From Toensbergia leucococca (Eukaryota): a stretch of DNA of 64,000 nt. Positions within the stretch are counted from its first letter, which is position 1. Every line of letters begins with the position of its first letter. Positions 21,674-35,704 of the stretch are shown here, one piece after another. The stretch is from positions 1 through 64,000 of the forward strand of contig JALDZS010000075.1 in the NCBI GenBank assembly GCA_022813965.1, written 5' to 3'. A program made the position numbers and the translations under genes. The notes under the pieces are model-generated. The model made no database searches. It had not been told where the DNA came from and saw nothing but the letters and a program-made list of their open reading frames with translations.

Positions 21674-24083
21674 CTAACTTTGGTCGAGTAACAAGTGCCC
21701 ATCAATATCAACAGGATGCTGCACGAAATCTTGAATAAGATTGTCCCATTCAGCCCAGTCCATTGCGCTTGAATCAATGCGACCGAGTTCTGATGAAAAG
21801 GGTGAATCGAGGCTGCTGCCGAGATTACTCACGGGATATTCATCGTTTTCGAGTGGCTTGTTGACTTGTGACCCCCCCGCCATATTTCCGAAAGATTGTA
21901 TCGGCAAGGAACTCTTGGCATCTATGGCTACTATTTCCGCTGCCTTGGGTCCCTTGCTCTGGGAGCACATCATTCTGATGAATCGAGGCGAGTCCAGAGG
22001 AGGGGAGCCACGGTGCTGGCGTGAATAGTCCGCTTCATGTGCTTTCCAAGCTTTGGCTGTCAGGTTTGCTGTAGCTATATGAATAGCATTCTTTTTATCA
22101 GTAATCATCTCTGGATGATGCTCGAATATTTCGTTGACTTGGCCCCATGCTCCGTCTACCTCGTCTCCCAAGGTTCGAATACGTAGCTCACTAAGCGCGT
22201 AGATAAGTGCATCCCATTGGAAATGCACGTAGCTATGCCAGCGAAATCTTTGCATTGATTTAGTCGAGTGGTGCAGGTTATCGTTTTCGAGAATCTGCAC
22301 ACTAGTTGAAAAAAGCATATCTTTCTCGCTTTGAGGCATACTTGCTCCTCTGTCTGGGTATTGACGAGGATGATGTGACCGCAGTCGAATCTTGTAGGTA
22401 ACGGCTTTTGTCAAGTAGATTGTGAGAAGATGCAAGGGTATGAGAGGATCACAGTGTCTCAAGACCTTTTGCTCTAAACGCTTTTCGAGCTCCTCAATAG
22501 CCTGGTCTTTGATGGCAAGTGGAGTAGCAGCACTGTCTATCGCTTGCCAGCCACCGCCAAAACCAGTAGTAGAGCCTGAATTAGAATGCTTGAGAAATTG
22601 GCCAACCTCATTCCTGACATTGGAAAAGATCATCTCCGTTGGTCCTGGATGCTCTATCGGCGGATCCCGCATGTCAGGATAGAGATCACTATCATTTACG
22701 TTCAAAGGGGGTCTGGTATCCCACAAATTTAATACGATAGAAGACCCTGAACCCGACAGCTCGCCGGCGCGAGCGTCAAGCATTATAATCTGCCACCACA
22801 GCCGTCGACGTAACTCCGTATCAAACGGTGGAAGCTTCAGAGAGGCACCATCCCGGTGGAGACCAATTCTTTGACCGATTCGAACGGCTATGCCAGTAAG
22901 AGCCCATAGAGAATGAGGATCATAAAATTGACGCATAGAAAGCTACCAAAAGCAAAATCAAATCTGTTACATCATGGTGAAAGGTTTCTCCACTTACCAG
23001 AAATAGTACAAAGGCCTGAAGGACGACCAAGTCTGAGGATTTGAGATAGCCAGCGCTGATTAAAGCTTGCTGGGCTCCGGACTGATACCTAGTAAGAAGT
23101 GTTGTCCTCGTTTCCCCAAACGTGTTCTCACATTCCGTGTGATCCATAGAGACGACAGCAAAAAAGTAGATTACGAACATCAATGCGTTCACACTTTTCG
23201 GTACCTTGTCTAGGTTTCCGCTTGCCTCGAGGATCTGATACTGCACGGTGGGTGAGTGTATTATCTTGGTTATAGGATTGATGTTGTCTAGGAAAGTCTG
23301 CCACAGCCTGAAGATAGACACGGGCCGAGGGTGGAGTGAGCGTAAGTTGGTGCCTGTAGGATTAGAAGCGAAGAGAAGATCACCGCCATTATTATATTTG
23401 GATTCTGAAGGAGTATTGTTGGGTATATCATTCGATTCATCGTCAGACGACGAGGCTTGAAGCATATCTTTCGGATCTCGAAACTTAGTCTAGTGTCAGA
23501 ACTCATTCGAGATGAATTGGGGGAAGACATCGAACCTCGTCACTCAGACCCGTCCATAAGTTACTATAAGGGTCAATGGCTCCGACGTCTTCAACAAGTA
23601 GGTATCGATGACTCACTTTTCCAGATATCTTGATTTTCCCTGCTCCACTATCAATTTTCCATTGTCCGGTGCGGTAGATCTAGATCTATCCATCCTGTCA
23701 TTGACGTGACTAGACTTTCTATGTAGCCCTGGAAGACAAGCGCCATCTGAAGGAGCGATTTTGCTGTAGTGATTGTCCGAGGCGACATGGCGAGTCTCAG
23801 CATCAAAGTTGTCGAGGTTTGCACCATAGCTCGTCAGAAGGCGCTCGTATTTCTTCAGTCGCGCAATTAGGCTCGCTTCAGGAGCTTTCTTTCTCTGGCG
23901 GCGCGGACCATTTGTTGCTCGAAATACGCAGTCCACACGAGATCTGGTGCAAGCAGAGCAGGGATCCCTTCTGTCACACTTGACTTTCCTTTGCTGGCAC
24001 AGGATACAGGCGTGACCTCGTAGCCCGTCCCGGTTTTGAGAAGCTTGGGGAGATTGAGAATGCGTGACGTCTGATGTTGACAT
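21674..24083 (-). CDS. Zn(II)2Cys6 fungal transcription factor with fungal-specific TF middle domain (3 introns)
   Basis: ACILCQQRKVKCDRRDPCSACTRSRVDC; LHPRPVSIFRLWQTFLDNINP; IAVRIGQRIGLHRDG..ELRRRLWWQI; PLNVNDSDL. Confidence 0.95.
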
Positions 24084-24460
24084 GGCAGCAGTCTGGGGTG
24101 ATCAGGATGTTGCTGTCTACTCGAAGGAGATGAAAGACTTGATTTAGCTATCATCAAAGGGCATGTGGTGGTTGAATGAAACAGTGATCAAATGTCCGAG
24201 TCGTCGAGGAGTTCTAGATGACTTCGGGTGATCCGAGCGCCCGAAATCTCGGACTTCAAATCCAGCTTGCGCCCGATTGGACGCATTCGAGGAATTCCAA
24301 TTTGAAACTGCCCCGAGCACCTCTAGCAACATTGCTTAAAGAACTCCCAATTCCCACTCATCCTACTGTCACTATCAAATCAAATCAAATCGTGCTCCTG
24401 AATTGACAACAGAAAGATCCTACCTACTTAAGAAATATATAAATCAAACCTAACACAACA

Positions 24461-26144
24461 ATGACTCAAGTCGCCTCACCAATCGACATGGAAAAAACAT
24501 CTGCCAACCCTACCATTCTCAAGCAAGATCTAGAAGAGCCACAGTACCCAAGCGGACAAAAGCTAGCTCTTATTTTACTAGCACTCTACCTCGCCGTATT
24601 CCTAGTAGCCCTCGTACATCACCCCCTATCCCCATTCCACCCCCCCCACTCCCCCTTTTCCCAATTGACAAAGACAACAGGACCAAACAATAATCGCAAC
24701 CGCCGTCCCCCGCATCACTGACGACTTCCACTCCATCGCCGACGTCGGCTGGTACGGTAGCGCCTACCTCCTCACGAATTGCACCTTCCAGCTCCTCTTC
24801 GGCAAAATCTACACCTTCTATCCCCCCAAAGTAGTCTTCCTGTGCGCCATTTTCATCTTCGAAATCGGGTCCACTGTCTGCGGCTCGGCCCACAACTCGG
24901 ATGCGTTCATCGTCGGACGCGCCGTCGCGGGCCTGGGATCCTCGGGCATCTTCTCTGGCGCCATCATCGTGATGGTGAACACGGTCCCGCTGCGGAAGAG
25001 GCCGCTGTACCAAGGATTCATTGGCGCCATGTTTGGCATTGCATCCGTGGCGGGGCCACTACTGGGAGGAGCCTTCACTGACAAAGTTTCCTGGCGGTGG
25101 TGTTTTTACATCAACCTGCCCATTGGCGCCGTCACAATCGTGATAATGACCTTCATCCTCAAGCTCCCAAAATCCACGAAGGCTGGTACCCCTCTTCGAC
25201 AGCAATTTATTCAGCTCGACCCTCTGGGGAACCTATGCTTCCTCCCAGGCATGGTCTGTCTCCTGCTAGCATTGCAATGGGGTGGCTCAACTTATGCCTG
25301 GAATAATGCACGCATCATCGCTCTGTTAGTACTGTTCGTAGTCCTAATCGCCGCCTTCATCGCCATCCAAATCTGGAAAAAAGACACGGCCACAATCCCC
25401 TCGCGCATCATCACACAACGCAGCATAGCCGCGGGCGTCAGTTTCGCCTTCTGTGCAGGCGCCGCGATGATGCTCATGATATATTACCTTCCGATATGGT
25501 TCCAAGCCATCAAAGGTGTCAGCGCCGTCGAATCCGGCATCAGGAGCTTGCCAATGCTTTTATCTCTCGTATTTGCTAGCATCCTCTCCGGTGCCCTCAT
25601 CAGTGCCTTTGGTTACTACACCCCGTTCATAATTGCCAGCTCCATTTTTATTTCCATTGGCGCTGGTCTCATCACAACCTTCAAGACCGACACAGGACAT
25701 GCGAAATGGATTGGCTACCAAGTTATCTTCGGGTTTGGCCTCGGCATGGGTCTACAACAGGCTGGCATGGCTGCTCAGACTGTTCTTTCGAGACAAGACG
25801 TCCCAGTGGGCGTATCTTTGATGTTCTTCATGCGGTCGCTAGGTGGTGCCGTATTCCTCTCTGTCGGGCAAGACGTTTTCAGTAACCGCTTGGTCGAGAG
25901 CTTGGGCCACATCTCAGGGCTTGATTCTAAAATTATCGTGCGCACGGGAGCTACAGACCTCAGAGACATAGTCGCGCCAAACGAACTCGGCAGCGTGCTC
26001 GAGGCTTATAATGGGGCGTTGGCGAATGTCTATTGTGTTGCAGTGGCGGTGGCGTGTCTGTCAATTTTTGGGGCATTGGCAATGGAGTGGAGGAGCGTCA
26101 AGGGGAAGAAACGCGGGGGTGAGTCTAAGAGCACGGATGTTTGA
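24461..26144 (+). CDS. MFS DHA2-type (14-TM) drug/toxin efflux transporter; intron 24614-24680
   Basis: FLVAL|DQTIIATAVPRITDDFHSIADVGWYGSAYLL; GPLLGGAFTDKVSWRWCFYINLPIG; YYLPIWFQAIKGVSAVESG. Confidence 0.95.
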
Positions 26145-27066
26145 TCGCAAGTCTTTGGCATAGTAAGGCGCTGGAGGGATAAGTCCACTTTTGCAGACGG
26201 AGGCGTTGGAGGTCTGAGATAGGAGTGAGTGATGATCAAGGCTCACTTAATGGTGCTTATTAGCCTACCTGTACAATAAAAATGGCATAATAGATGTACA
26301 TAGTTTCCCTCTTCCCCCGTTCTTACATACCAATTCAGTCTTGGATCACGTTGAGTACCCACTCATCCAGAAATATAAACTCATGCCGTTGATAAATCGG
26401 ATGAATCCATCCCAACGTCGTATTGAGCGCTTTCGCCCAAGGCATCTGATCAAAAAGTGTCGTAGTATCAGAGCTCTGAGACCTAGCCAGGCCCTGCATT
26501 AGAGACAAGATGGGATTGAGTGTGAACTAGCCTGAAATACTCAGAAAACAGCTTCTCGTAAACTGCCCTCAAAAGACCGAGCCTTCAAACACAACACAAG
26601 CCTCATAGTAAGGCTGTATGGTATTTGTTCTCCGTCATCTTTATTCACGAATGTGATCCTTAGCTCAACAGCGTCTTCTAATGCTTCAAACCGCATTTTG
26701 GTTGTTAGTGCCGTTCATTAATCTGGGACTTTTCGCCATTAATCGACGGGATAGATTTCGGGCTCGTAGTTCCATGACTCTCCGGTGCTCACGCGAGGAT
26801 GTTGATGTCGTACTGAGCGTGGTGGAGAGGGGAAAATTTGATGAGAATCACCTCATGAAGCTTTGCGGAAAAAGCGTCGCAGGCGGCATCAGTCTCTGGA
26901 GAAGGGACACCGCGGTAGATTGAGACCTTTTCGATTGGAAACAGGAAGTCGTCGATTATGGAAGGTGACAAGACCCGTAAGATCAAATATAGGAGCTTCG
27001 GGAAGAGGTAGTTGAAGAACCTGAGCTTCTCAAACCCACACTGATCCCCCTTTGTTTGCAATATCA

Positions 27067-28060
27067 TTATGGACTTGGTTGATTCACCTGGAAGTAGAGT
27101 GCCACCAACGCAACCTCAGCTACGAATGAATTAGTTCAACTGCCGACAGGAGCTTTTTGCACTCATTTCAAGAAGCGGCCGGAGCAAAACTGCACGGGAA
27201 AGAACTCACCTGCAGCACCACTGAGGACGAACGACATAACCGTGAATACAGTCTGAAGGCTGCCCCCTCTGAGCGCCCAGACAACACTCACTATGATGAT
27301 GACGATGGTGATCAAGATGGCGACGAACCCAAGTTTTTCGGCCCATAAGCCCTCCACAAACTCAAGCCCACACAGCTTACCATTGCTTTCAGACGTAAAG
27401 TCTACAAACCAGTCTACCCACTCCTGATCAGGTCGTATTCGATCAGGATGGTGGAAAGCATGCATGAAGCTGTGGGCATCAGCGGTGTTCTTTGGGTCCT
27501 TTTTGATTGGGACACCGTTCGGTGTGTACTAGTATTTAATGAGAGGTTAGCGACTGTGCTCTGCAAGGGGGTGCGCTTGAGAACACGATACCGCAATTCA
27601 GCGTAGAGGTATACATCGGTTCAATGTTCTCAAGAATAAAATGTGAGTATGAACGTGCATATTCTGGAAGGTCTAATACCTCGATCGGCACAATGTGCTT
27701 TACTCGCGTGAACAAGAAGATCCTCCTCCACGCCATCTGTAGCTCGTCCCTATACGTCCGCCGTATGTCTTCCCATAGCTCCCTATCATCGATTCGCCTT
27801 CGATCAAAGCTCAACGGGGCTGTGTGCCAGTCGTGTCCGGAGCTACTGTGGAAAACGCAGAGCTGGAGGTCGATTTTCGAGGGCTTCTCCCGCGGCATAG
27901 CATAGCCCGAAGAATAGTGCGAGCGACGCCTGCGCTTCTTTGGGGAAACGTAATCATCCTCAGAGCGACGGCTTCGCTGCGGAGCTGGTGGGGCGTGGGG
28001 GCCAGAGGAGTCGTCTTCATCGGAGCGACTTCTAAACTTGCGCGACGATGGTGCTGCCAT
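27067..28060 (-). CDS. Hypothetical fungal protein with C-terminal transmembrane helices (2 introns)
   Basis: ORFs 27536-28060 and 27163-27465 join through GT-AG introns; LEFVEGLW is followed by two hydrophobic segments; last exon ends EVALVALYFQVNQPSP*. Confidence 0.7.
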
Positions 28061-31000
28061 CCTCCAAGCTCTGACTCTGCTCAGAGCGCAATGGAGAGCC
28101 TAGCAAGAAGCTAGTATGTTGTAAAAATAAGAGGCCTCGCAGCTGGAAGTCTAGGCTACCGGGATGAAAGCGGAATTGATTTTGAAACGCTATACAAAGC
28201 AGGAGTCGTAGCACTAGGTCGCTTCAGAAATCTAGTGGAGGTGAGATGTCAGTGGATAGATACGTAGGCACCATCGTCCAGATGTCAGAGAACATAGAGC
28301 AAACATTGAATGGTCGCGGTCAGGGGAGGCTAACCGGATGTAGGATTCTTAATTTGAACGAGAGGTAAGCGCATGGCGAACACATGGCTTATTTCGATCA
28401 TGCTGCAACTTGTTCATGGAGAGCGAGAACGTAGAATGGCTGGACAGTTTTCTCTATTCTACCAATAAGGTGATATTCTTGCCCCACGTTACAGAAAAGT
28501 CGCGTTGTCCCGCCAACCATCATCGTCGTTGGAGAATGATCGTCATACGCATGAGTGTGAGTCTCCAGTGAAACAACAGCTTTGAGATTTCTACAAGTCT
28601 TGAATTTAGCACCTAGTACTGCGCTATCTATGTCATAGACAGGTTCAGCATAACGAAATGTATGCAGACAACACCCTCAAAACAGTGCCGTGAAAAATGA
28701 TACTGTGGTAAATTGATCTGCATTCTATTCAAGGCCGAACATCGCATATTTTTTATCTAGTAGCAGTCTGAAAGAACCAGTATATCGCGTGACTGAAGTC
28801 TGCAATATATTCCATTCATATTTAGTCGAATGTCCAGACAACTGTGCCAGGGGCATGATTGGGATTGGCATCTGGCGCCAACGCCGCGAGTCCAGAGGTC
28901 GTAAGTTGAATGTCGTTGTTGGCGCAGGTACTACAACTACCAACCACCAGAGCAGAAATAGTCTTTCCAGTGCCTTGATATGATGCTCAGTTCCTGGAAC
29001 GGAAGAATCAGAACCAAAGGGTACTTACATGTATTGGTTACATTCACAGTTCCGTCGCAAGGAGACTCACTAAAAAGAGCTTCAGTATGCTGAATAGGAA
29101 CGATAACGGGATGTGGGCCGTGACTCACTCTGGGGGATTGTAGTATTTGGACGGAATACTAATAGCAATTGTGGTGCCACTGACAGTTGTTCCGCAGAAG
29201 TTGGGATTGGGGCTAGTGTACAAAGAGACTAATACAGGCACAGAGTTGTCAGTATGAAGTCGCCTGGGATAAGTCAGGCGACTTACGAAAGCCCACAAAT
29301 GTTCCTGGATGAGGGCAGCCCGTACAAGCTTGGCTTCCGGCAAAAACAGAGGCTAGGGTGAGCAGGTGTAGGAGTTGCATTGTGAATGGGGATTCTTCCA
29401 ACTGTAAAACGTGTGCAGATGAATATTTGAGAATGCTGTGGACGATTGAAGTCGCGGAGCAATCTCTATTTGTACTTCCATCCTGTGAAAGTACTCAAGA
29501 CCGTCGAGCTCGTAATCGAGTCCTCTTTCTCTGACTGTGTCAGATCTTTTCATCCAAGGATTCAGATTCATCTTCGGTAGAGGTAAGCTTACACCACAAT
29601 GCACGAACGGCATCATGTGGAGAGAACGGTCACTGAATCTCATTTGGTGAGCTTCCAGTGGCACGGTAAACCATGGACCCACATCTGCATAGACCATTAT
29701 CCATCTGATAGTGCTTATGGCAGACGTAGTCAAGTTTCCGCAGTAGGTGCATGCTGGTTTCATGTGGCGTACAAGCTCTCGTATTGAGTGTTCCTAGATA
29801 GGTACTTATTGAAGTTCCTGTGACTAGAAGACGTAAGCCGCCTACTTGTCAAGAAGCAGGTTAGCACGTAAGGAATAGATTAATTATACGGATACGCAAG
29901 GCTAGATCTTCGGATGGCTGTTCATAGGCCCGCTTTGAGTGCATTTAGAAGGCCATACACAAATGACAGTATTTCAACAGAGCTTACAAACTGAAAATAG
30001 ATTCACTTGCAATTGAAATCAACATGGAATTGAACCACTAACGGAATTCTCAGAAATTTAGTATGATAGTGTACATAAGGAAAAGCCACAATACTTGTGT
30101 ATCCCCACACCTTAACAAACTTATACATTGAGCGCAGCAAACTAGAGGCACGCACTTAACACGGATGGTAGGTAGGCGTCACAGACGCTACATGGAGGGC
30201 CAGCACTCCCATTAACGTACCACGAATTAAGTGCATCGATTCGAGAAGCCTTTCGATCTTCTAACCCACACTTCCACACTAGAAGACCACTTATGTTGTT
30301 GTTTGTTGATGTGATCAACTATGGACACGGGGACAAAGTTGCTATTTAGGTCTCACCCTTGTGCTTACTATGCAGCCGCATCTTCGAATCGACCGAGCAA
30401 CCAGAATTTTTCCACTTTTTGATATGCCAGAGGATCTGTTCGTAGTCATTCAACTTGCAAGTCGAGAGATATGGTAACGTCGAATTAGAAACTACTGAAG
30501 GAGGTATTCGGCACACAAATTGTTCACAGGACAGGCTCAACAGGAGGATGATGATATGAACAAAGCCACAATGTCCAAATCCATACAACCCCTGGGGGTT
30601 TTCCCCAAGATCCACTCTCTCTTAATTAAATTTATATTGATTTGGAAAAGCTGCAGTGACGTTACATTTTTACTTGTCAGGGGCAGGAGTCAATTGACTT
30701 GGGTCGTAGTTCACCGCCTTTCGATCCTGAGGTCAAGATGTAAGACAATCAAAGTTCCAGTTGAGATGTGTCATGACTCTTCGCCGCTTCAGAGACGGGC
30801 GTGACGACTCTCCTTTCGTCGAAGAACCTCTGGTCAAAGAAACAGGTTTCGGTGAGATTCGAGGATTTCGTGGTGGAGGTCTAAGCGGCCTGCCTCTGTT
30901 TTTCTATGTTGCAATCGACTTCTTTTACGGCCGTAGCAAATAAGACATCTTGAGGAGCGGAAATAGGAGTTGAGCCAGCATCCAGATGGATCTATACAGT

Positions 31001-32654
31001 CCTAGGTAGGTATCAAACTGTGTCCCTAGAGTCCCACGTAGCATTCTCTTTGTCTCCCTCTCTTCAATGTCGCTTTCCATTGCAATTCAACAATCGCCAT
31101 CGCCATCGACGTCACAGGCCTCGCCACTACTGACCTGTGCACTGAAAAAGTGCTATTGATTCACTCTCCTCTACCTACCGTATCTGCTTCATAGTCCGCG
31201 AATTACACGTGTTGTAGCTAGCTCTCAACTATACTGTCTCTCTAACTACCTGACTACCTACCTCCTCACATTCTCCAACGAAATTGAAGAGTAACTCAAA
31301 AATGTCTTCATCAAACTCGGCATCTCCTCTCTTTTTCTATGACCTCAATGAAGTTTCAATTGCGCGAAGTGGGCAGGTTGGTATTGCACGGTCTGTCGTA
31401 AAGCATTTGCACTATTTGATAGAGCATCCCACTACGGTCCACGATGGCTTATGGGAACAAAAGGAGAGAAGCTAATGCAGGAGTTATCATGGCGAAGCTG
31501 CTGATGAAAAAAGGAATGGGGCAGTGATAGCCATCATTGTGTCGGGAAGCCGCACATTGCATCGCCTGCACAAACAAGTTTGTTACGTGCGGATCCATTT
31601 GAAATCTGGCCATCTCACGTCGATTCCATTGATGGCTTCGTATTCAAAGCTGTAACCAGCTTTTCTCAAACTTTGCCATCATCGAGACTGCCCGAGCAAC
31701 GTTCTACTTCTTCTAGAGCTCTGGATTAGGTGCTCTGGATAGGTGTAATATCACAGCTCCAATCGGCGTGCAGAAAAAAAATGCATTCCCGGGGACGTAC
31801 GTCAAGCTTCCAGTTAGGTAGATGTTGAATGAGCTCTCCGCTAAGGCAAAGGTCTTATATGTACATTGTGCCTTCCGAGACAGGGTTTCAAACACTGTCA
31901 GACTGATGTATATTCAGTAGTCACTTACGCCTCCTTGAATTGGCAACCAGTATCTTCGGTCACGACCCTCAGCTTATCAGTATATACGATCATGTACGGA
32001 GTAATGAATTACTTACAAATTCTTTAATGAGTCTATTTATTTACATACTTTGTATACTCTTTTTCCTCATTTAACATATCTAAGGCATCATCTGCATCAA
32101 GGATTCCAACGAACAAGGCCGGTAATACAAGCTGACAGCTCGGGTGACCCATATGTCAAAGAGAAGCCTTCTGCGTTTTTGTGTGGCTTCCGAGACAAAG
32201 TTGTCTATACAGGCTAACGTTGTATATTTAGTAGCAATTCCTTCCTCGAGATAGGTCGCAGGAGCTTGGGTTCAAAAGCATCGTTGCTGTAGTAGCCAGC
32301 TGCTCAGTCGGAGGAAGCCACCGTGTATTCGACCCAGCCCGACGCCAGAGAAAAGGGGCGCTGCTATCAGCACCCTGAGTCTTACCATATGCGAAAGTCG
32401 AAAAGCCGGTCCCATAGTAGCAACTCACACAGCTCGCGCCAACGCAATTCCTTTCATATCACACCCAGCAGTCATTCCTTCTCCCACCACCTTTGCCTGT
32501 TACTTTCCGGAAGGGAGATTGGTGATTGTACTGGATTTGTGGAAACAAAGAAGAGCAATGGCGGACGACATCCTGTTCAGAGATGGAAACAGAAGGAGCA
32601 GTCCGAGAATGGAGAGAACACTGATCAACAAAAACGACCAATGCCACTGTTCAG

Positions 32655-33332
32655 ATGTCAACATATCCTGAAATACAAGTATATAAGAAGTCCTCTACTC
32701 CTGCTTTCTCAATCTCACGGTTCCTCACTTGCCTTCTTCAAAACCGAGCTTCCAAAAGGCTTCACTCGAAGAACAGCGTCGAATTTCAACTCTTCTACAC
32801 AAAGACCGTTTTTCCTTACCCCATTCCGAGCGGTCTTGGGCTTTTTGGTCAGAGCCCTCCCGTTAGTGCTCGATTTCATGTTCGAAAGCTAATTCTGACT
32901 GACAGGTGCTTCAGAGAGTTCAGAGTTGAGCCAGATGTCTACTTGATGGCGTCAGTGCACACGGCAATGTATCAAGAGCTTGCCACTGTATTCCTGGGTC
33001 GGATCCTCCTCCGATTTCCGAGACTAGCGCATCTGACATTTTATCTTGGATGGCATGTTGCAGAATCCAAAGCCTATAGTCTTATGCATTATATAAGTTG
33101 GGCAGTCCCAACATTAAAATCGATAAATATACAACGTCCTTGTGAAGGACCGCTTCGTTTGCATCGTTGGCAACAGAAGAGTCTGTCTGGAGACCAAGAG
33201 GCAATGGAGGAAAGTGCAAGTTTCATCGAAGAAAAGGAGCGAGGAACATCGGTGGGCCTGATAGATACGTATCGGCGTCGTCGCCTGAGGAAGGTACAAG
33301 AGCTACAAGAGCGAGGGAAAATTTACGAATAG
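32655..33332 (+). CDS. Hypothetical fungal protein, possibly degenerate at the 5' end
   Basis: 225-aa ORF with protein-like composition. An upstream PLFR motif lies in another frame, which suggests a frameshift. Confidence 0.35.
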   Translation: MSTYPEIQVYKKSSTPAFSISRFLTCLLQNRASKRLHSKNSVEFQLFYTKTVFPYPIPSGLGLFGQSPPVSARFHVRKLILTDRCFREFRVEPDVYLMASVHTAMYQELATVFLGRILLRFPRLAHLTFYLGWHVAESKAYSLMHYISWAVPTLKSINIQRPCEGPLRLHRWQQKSLSGDQEAMEESASFIEEKERGTSVGLIDTYRRRRLRKVQELQERGKIYE

Positions 33333-34241
33333 TAGTATTTAAATTTGAAAGAGGGTCGCTGTTTGGTTTGATCTTCTTGGCCGGGCCACTGAGGGCAATT
33401 CGAGGGGCAGATTTGGCTGACGGAGAGAGAACTCGCATCTATGCGGACATTTGGGTTGGCCATTCTTTATTCATCTCTCTGGCTCTGCTCTAGATCACCA
33501 TTATCGTTGTACAAAAATCGTAAGGATCTTTTTTTCAACCCATAGTCTCGAATAAAATCACATGATTGATATCGCAGGATAATAAAATCCAGATGTTGTC
33601 GCTCATGTTCAAGATTATGTCGCGGAATCATGTGAATATGAATGACAGGAAGAGTGGTTGAAGAAACTGAGTGATAATCTAGCCAGCTCTCCAAGATGAT
33701 AGTACGAAAGTGTATGAAAGCATGTCTTCATGATACAAAGAACCTGAGGGACGTGTACTGATATGCAGCTTGTTTATTGCAAAAAGGTGACTGCTTTGTC
33801 CATATACGCCTGTTGATGTTGACATGCTTGAGCCTTGATCGTAGGTGATTGTACGAGTTAGGTTAGGTATGTGGGTATCTCCATATTTATTAATGTTCTC
33901 TAAGGTAGCGTGGCACCGTGGGTAGAAACTCAGCACTGCGTATATGTGAGCACGTTAGTGCACAATGACGCCGCTCCGCAGTCTTCTGATACTTTTTTCA
34001 ATTCGTGAAATCCGATTCTCTTCAGTTATCAGAGTACGTTACACGAATACATCCAGAGGCCATATCATCTGATTCTGCTTCCGACCATGATGAATGGAAC
34101 ATGCTGCCTGTGTCGATAAGTGGACGCCTGTACGATGTACAATCCTTGCTCAAATCATCCCTAATCGGTTTCAGACTCGAGCTTGTGGAGCTTTTGCATT
34201 GCTACGGATCTTACTTCATCTTTGATATCTAAACAGGCAGA

Positions 34242-35704
34242 ATGGTTCGAAACATAGTTGTCATCGGCGGTAGCTCCCATCCCCAGCTAAATGAAACCAT
34301 TTGCAACCATTTGGGCGTTCCATTGGCCAGTGTCCTGCTCTCCAAATTTTCCGTTGGAGAGACTCGAGTCGAGGTCGAAGAGTCCGTCCGGGGTAAAGAT
34401 GTCTTTATAATACAATCCGGAGGAGGAAAGATCAACGACCATCTGATGGAACTGCTCATCACCATCTCCGCCTGCAAGATCGCCTCGGCCAAGAAAGTCA
34501 CTGCCGTACTGCCCCTCTTTCCCTACTCAAGGCAAAGCGATCTACCCTACAATAAGACCGGAGCTCCTCTTTCCAAGCCATCGCATTCCTCCAACAAACC
34601 AGACTCATCGTATTCGTTCGAGAGTAAACCTGTGACCCCGCATCCCGATCACCCTCGTAGCGCAGGCTTATCTAATGGTATCGATGGATTGCAAAAGGGT
34701 CTCTCAAAGGCCCAAATCGATGATAGCGCTTCGAACTCAAATAGCCCACAAAGCTCTCGGTATACGAATTCCACCAATAGCTTACCGAAACGCAGCGATA
34801 CTATGGATTCTAGTAAATCTACTTACTCGAATTCTCAGCGCAAGACATCACCATCGTCGGCGACAAATGGTCGATCTAATGACGACAGTGCAAGTGTAGC
34901 CTCAAACTCCCCGAAGCATACCGCATTCCAACCCCGTCCTGGCTATAAGCAGTGGGTGGCTCAGGCTGGGACACTCGTTGCCGATCTCCTTACCTGCGCT
35001 GGTGCCGATCATATCATTACAATGGACTTGCATGATGCACAATATCAAGGATTCTTCGATATCCCTGTCGACAATCTGTACGGACGGCCCCTTCTCAAAA
35101 AATACATACAATTCCAGATTCCAAATTACCAACAAGCCATAATCGTAAGCCCTGATGCTGGAGGTGCAAAGCGAGCGACCGCAATCGCGGATGGCTTGGG
35201 CATGCAATTTGCTCTCATACATAAGGTACAGCTATGATGAGCTTTGGGTTGTCACTGCTAATAAAAGTACAAAGGAACGCCGACCCACCAAGATAACAGA
35301 TCGCCAAAACGCTACTATGATGCTAGTGGGGGATGTGGCCGGCCGGATTGCTATCCTCGTCGACGACTTGGCGGACACATCCAACACTATCACTCGTGCA
35401 GCTAAACTTTTAAAGAGAGAGGGAGCAACTAAAGTCTATGCTCTGCTCACACATGGCGTCCTGAGTGGCGATGCCATCGAAAGGATTAATGCGAGCGCTT
35501 TGGATAAGGTTGTTGTCACAAATAGTGTGCCTCAGGAAGAATATAAGAAGTTATGTCCCAAACTGGAAGTGCTAGAGATTGGGAACGTTTTCGCCGAGGC
35601 TCGTATTGTTTCAAAATTTTACGATATATGACTAATAGGAGATACAGGCGATACGAAGAGTGCATCATGGAGAAAGCATCAGCGTTCTCTTTCAATACGA
35701 CTGA
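34242..35704 (+). CDS. PRS5: Ribose-phosphate pyrophosphokinase, Prs5-type with a Ser-rich non-homologous insert (2 introns)
   Basis: KFSVGETRV, LMELLITISACKIASAKKVTAVLPLFPYSRQ, insert, WVAQAGTLVADLLTCAGADHIITMDLH, VSPDAGGAKRA, LVDDLADTSNT, EAIRRVHHGESISVLF. Confidence 0.95.

Noticed and set aside
34550..34940. Long Ser-rich insertion in PRPP synthetase as a novelty or intein
   Set aside because: It matches the known non-homologous region of fungal Prs5 and has no intein motifs.
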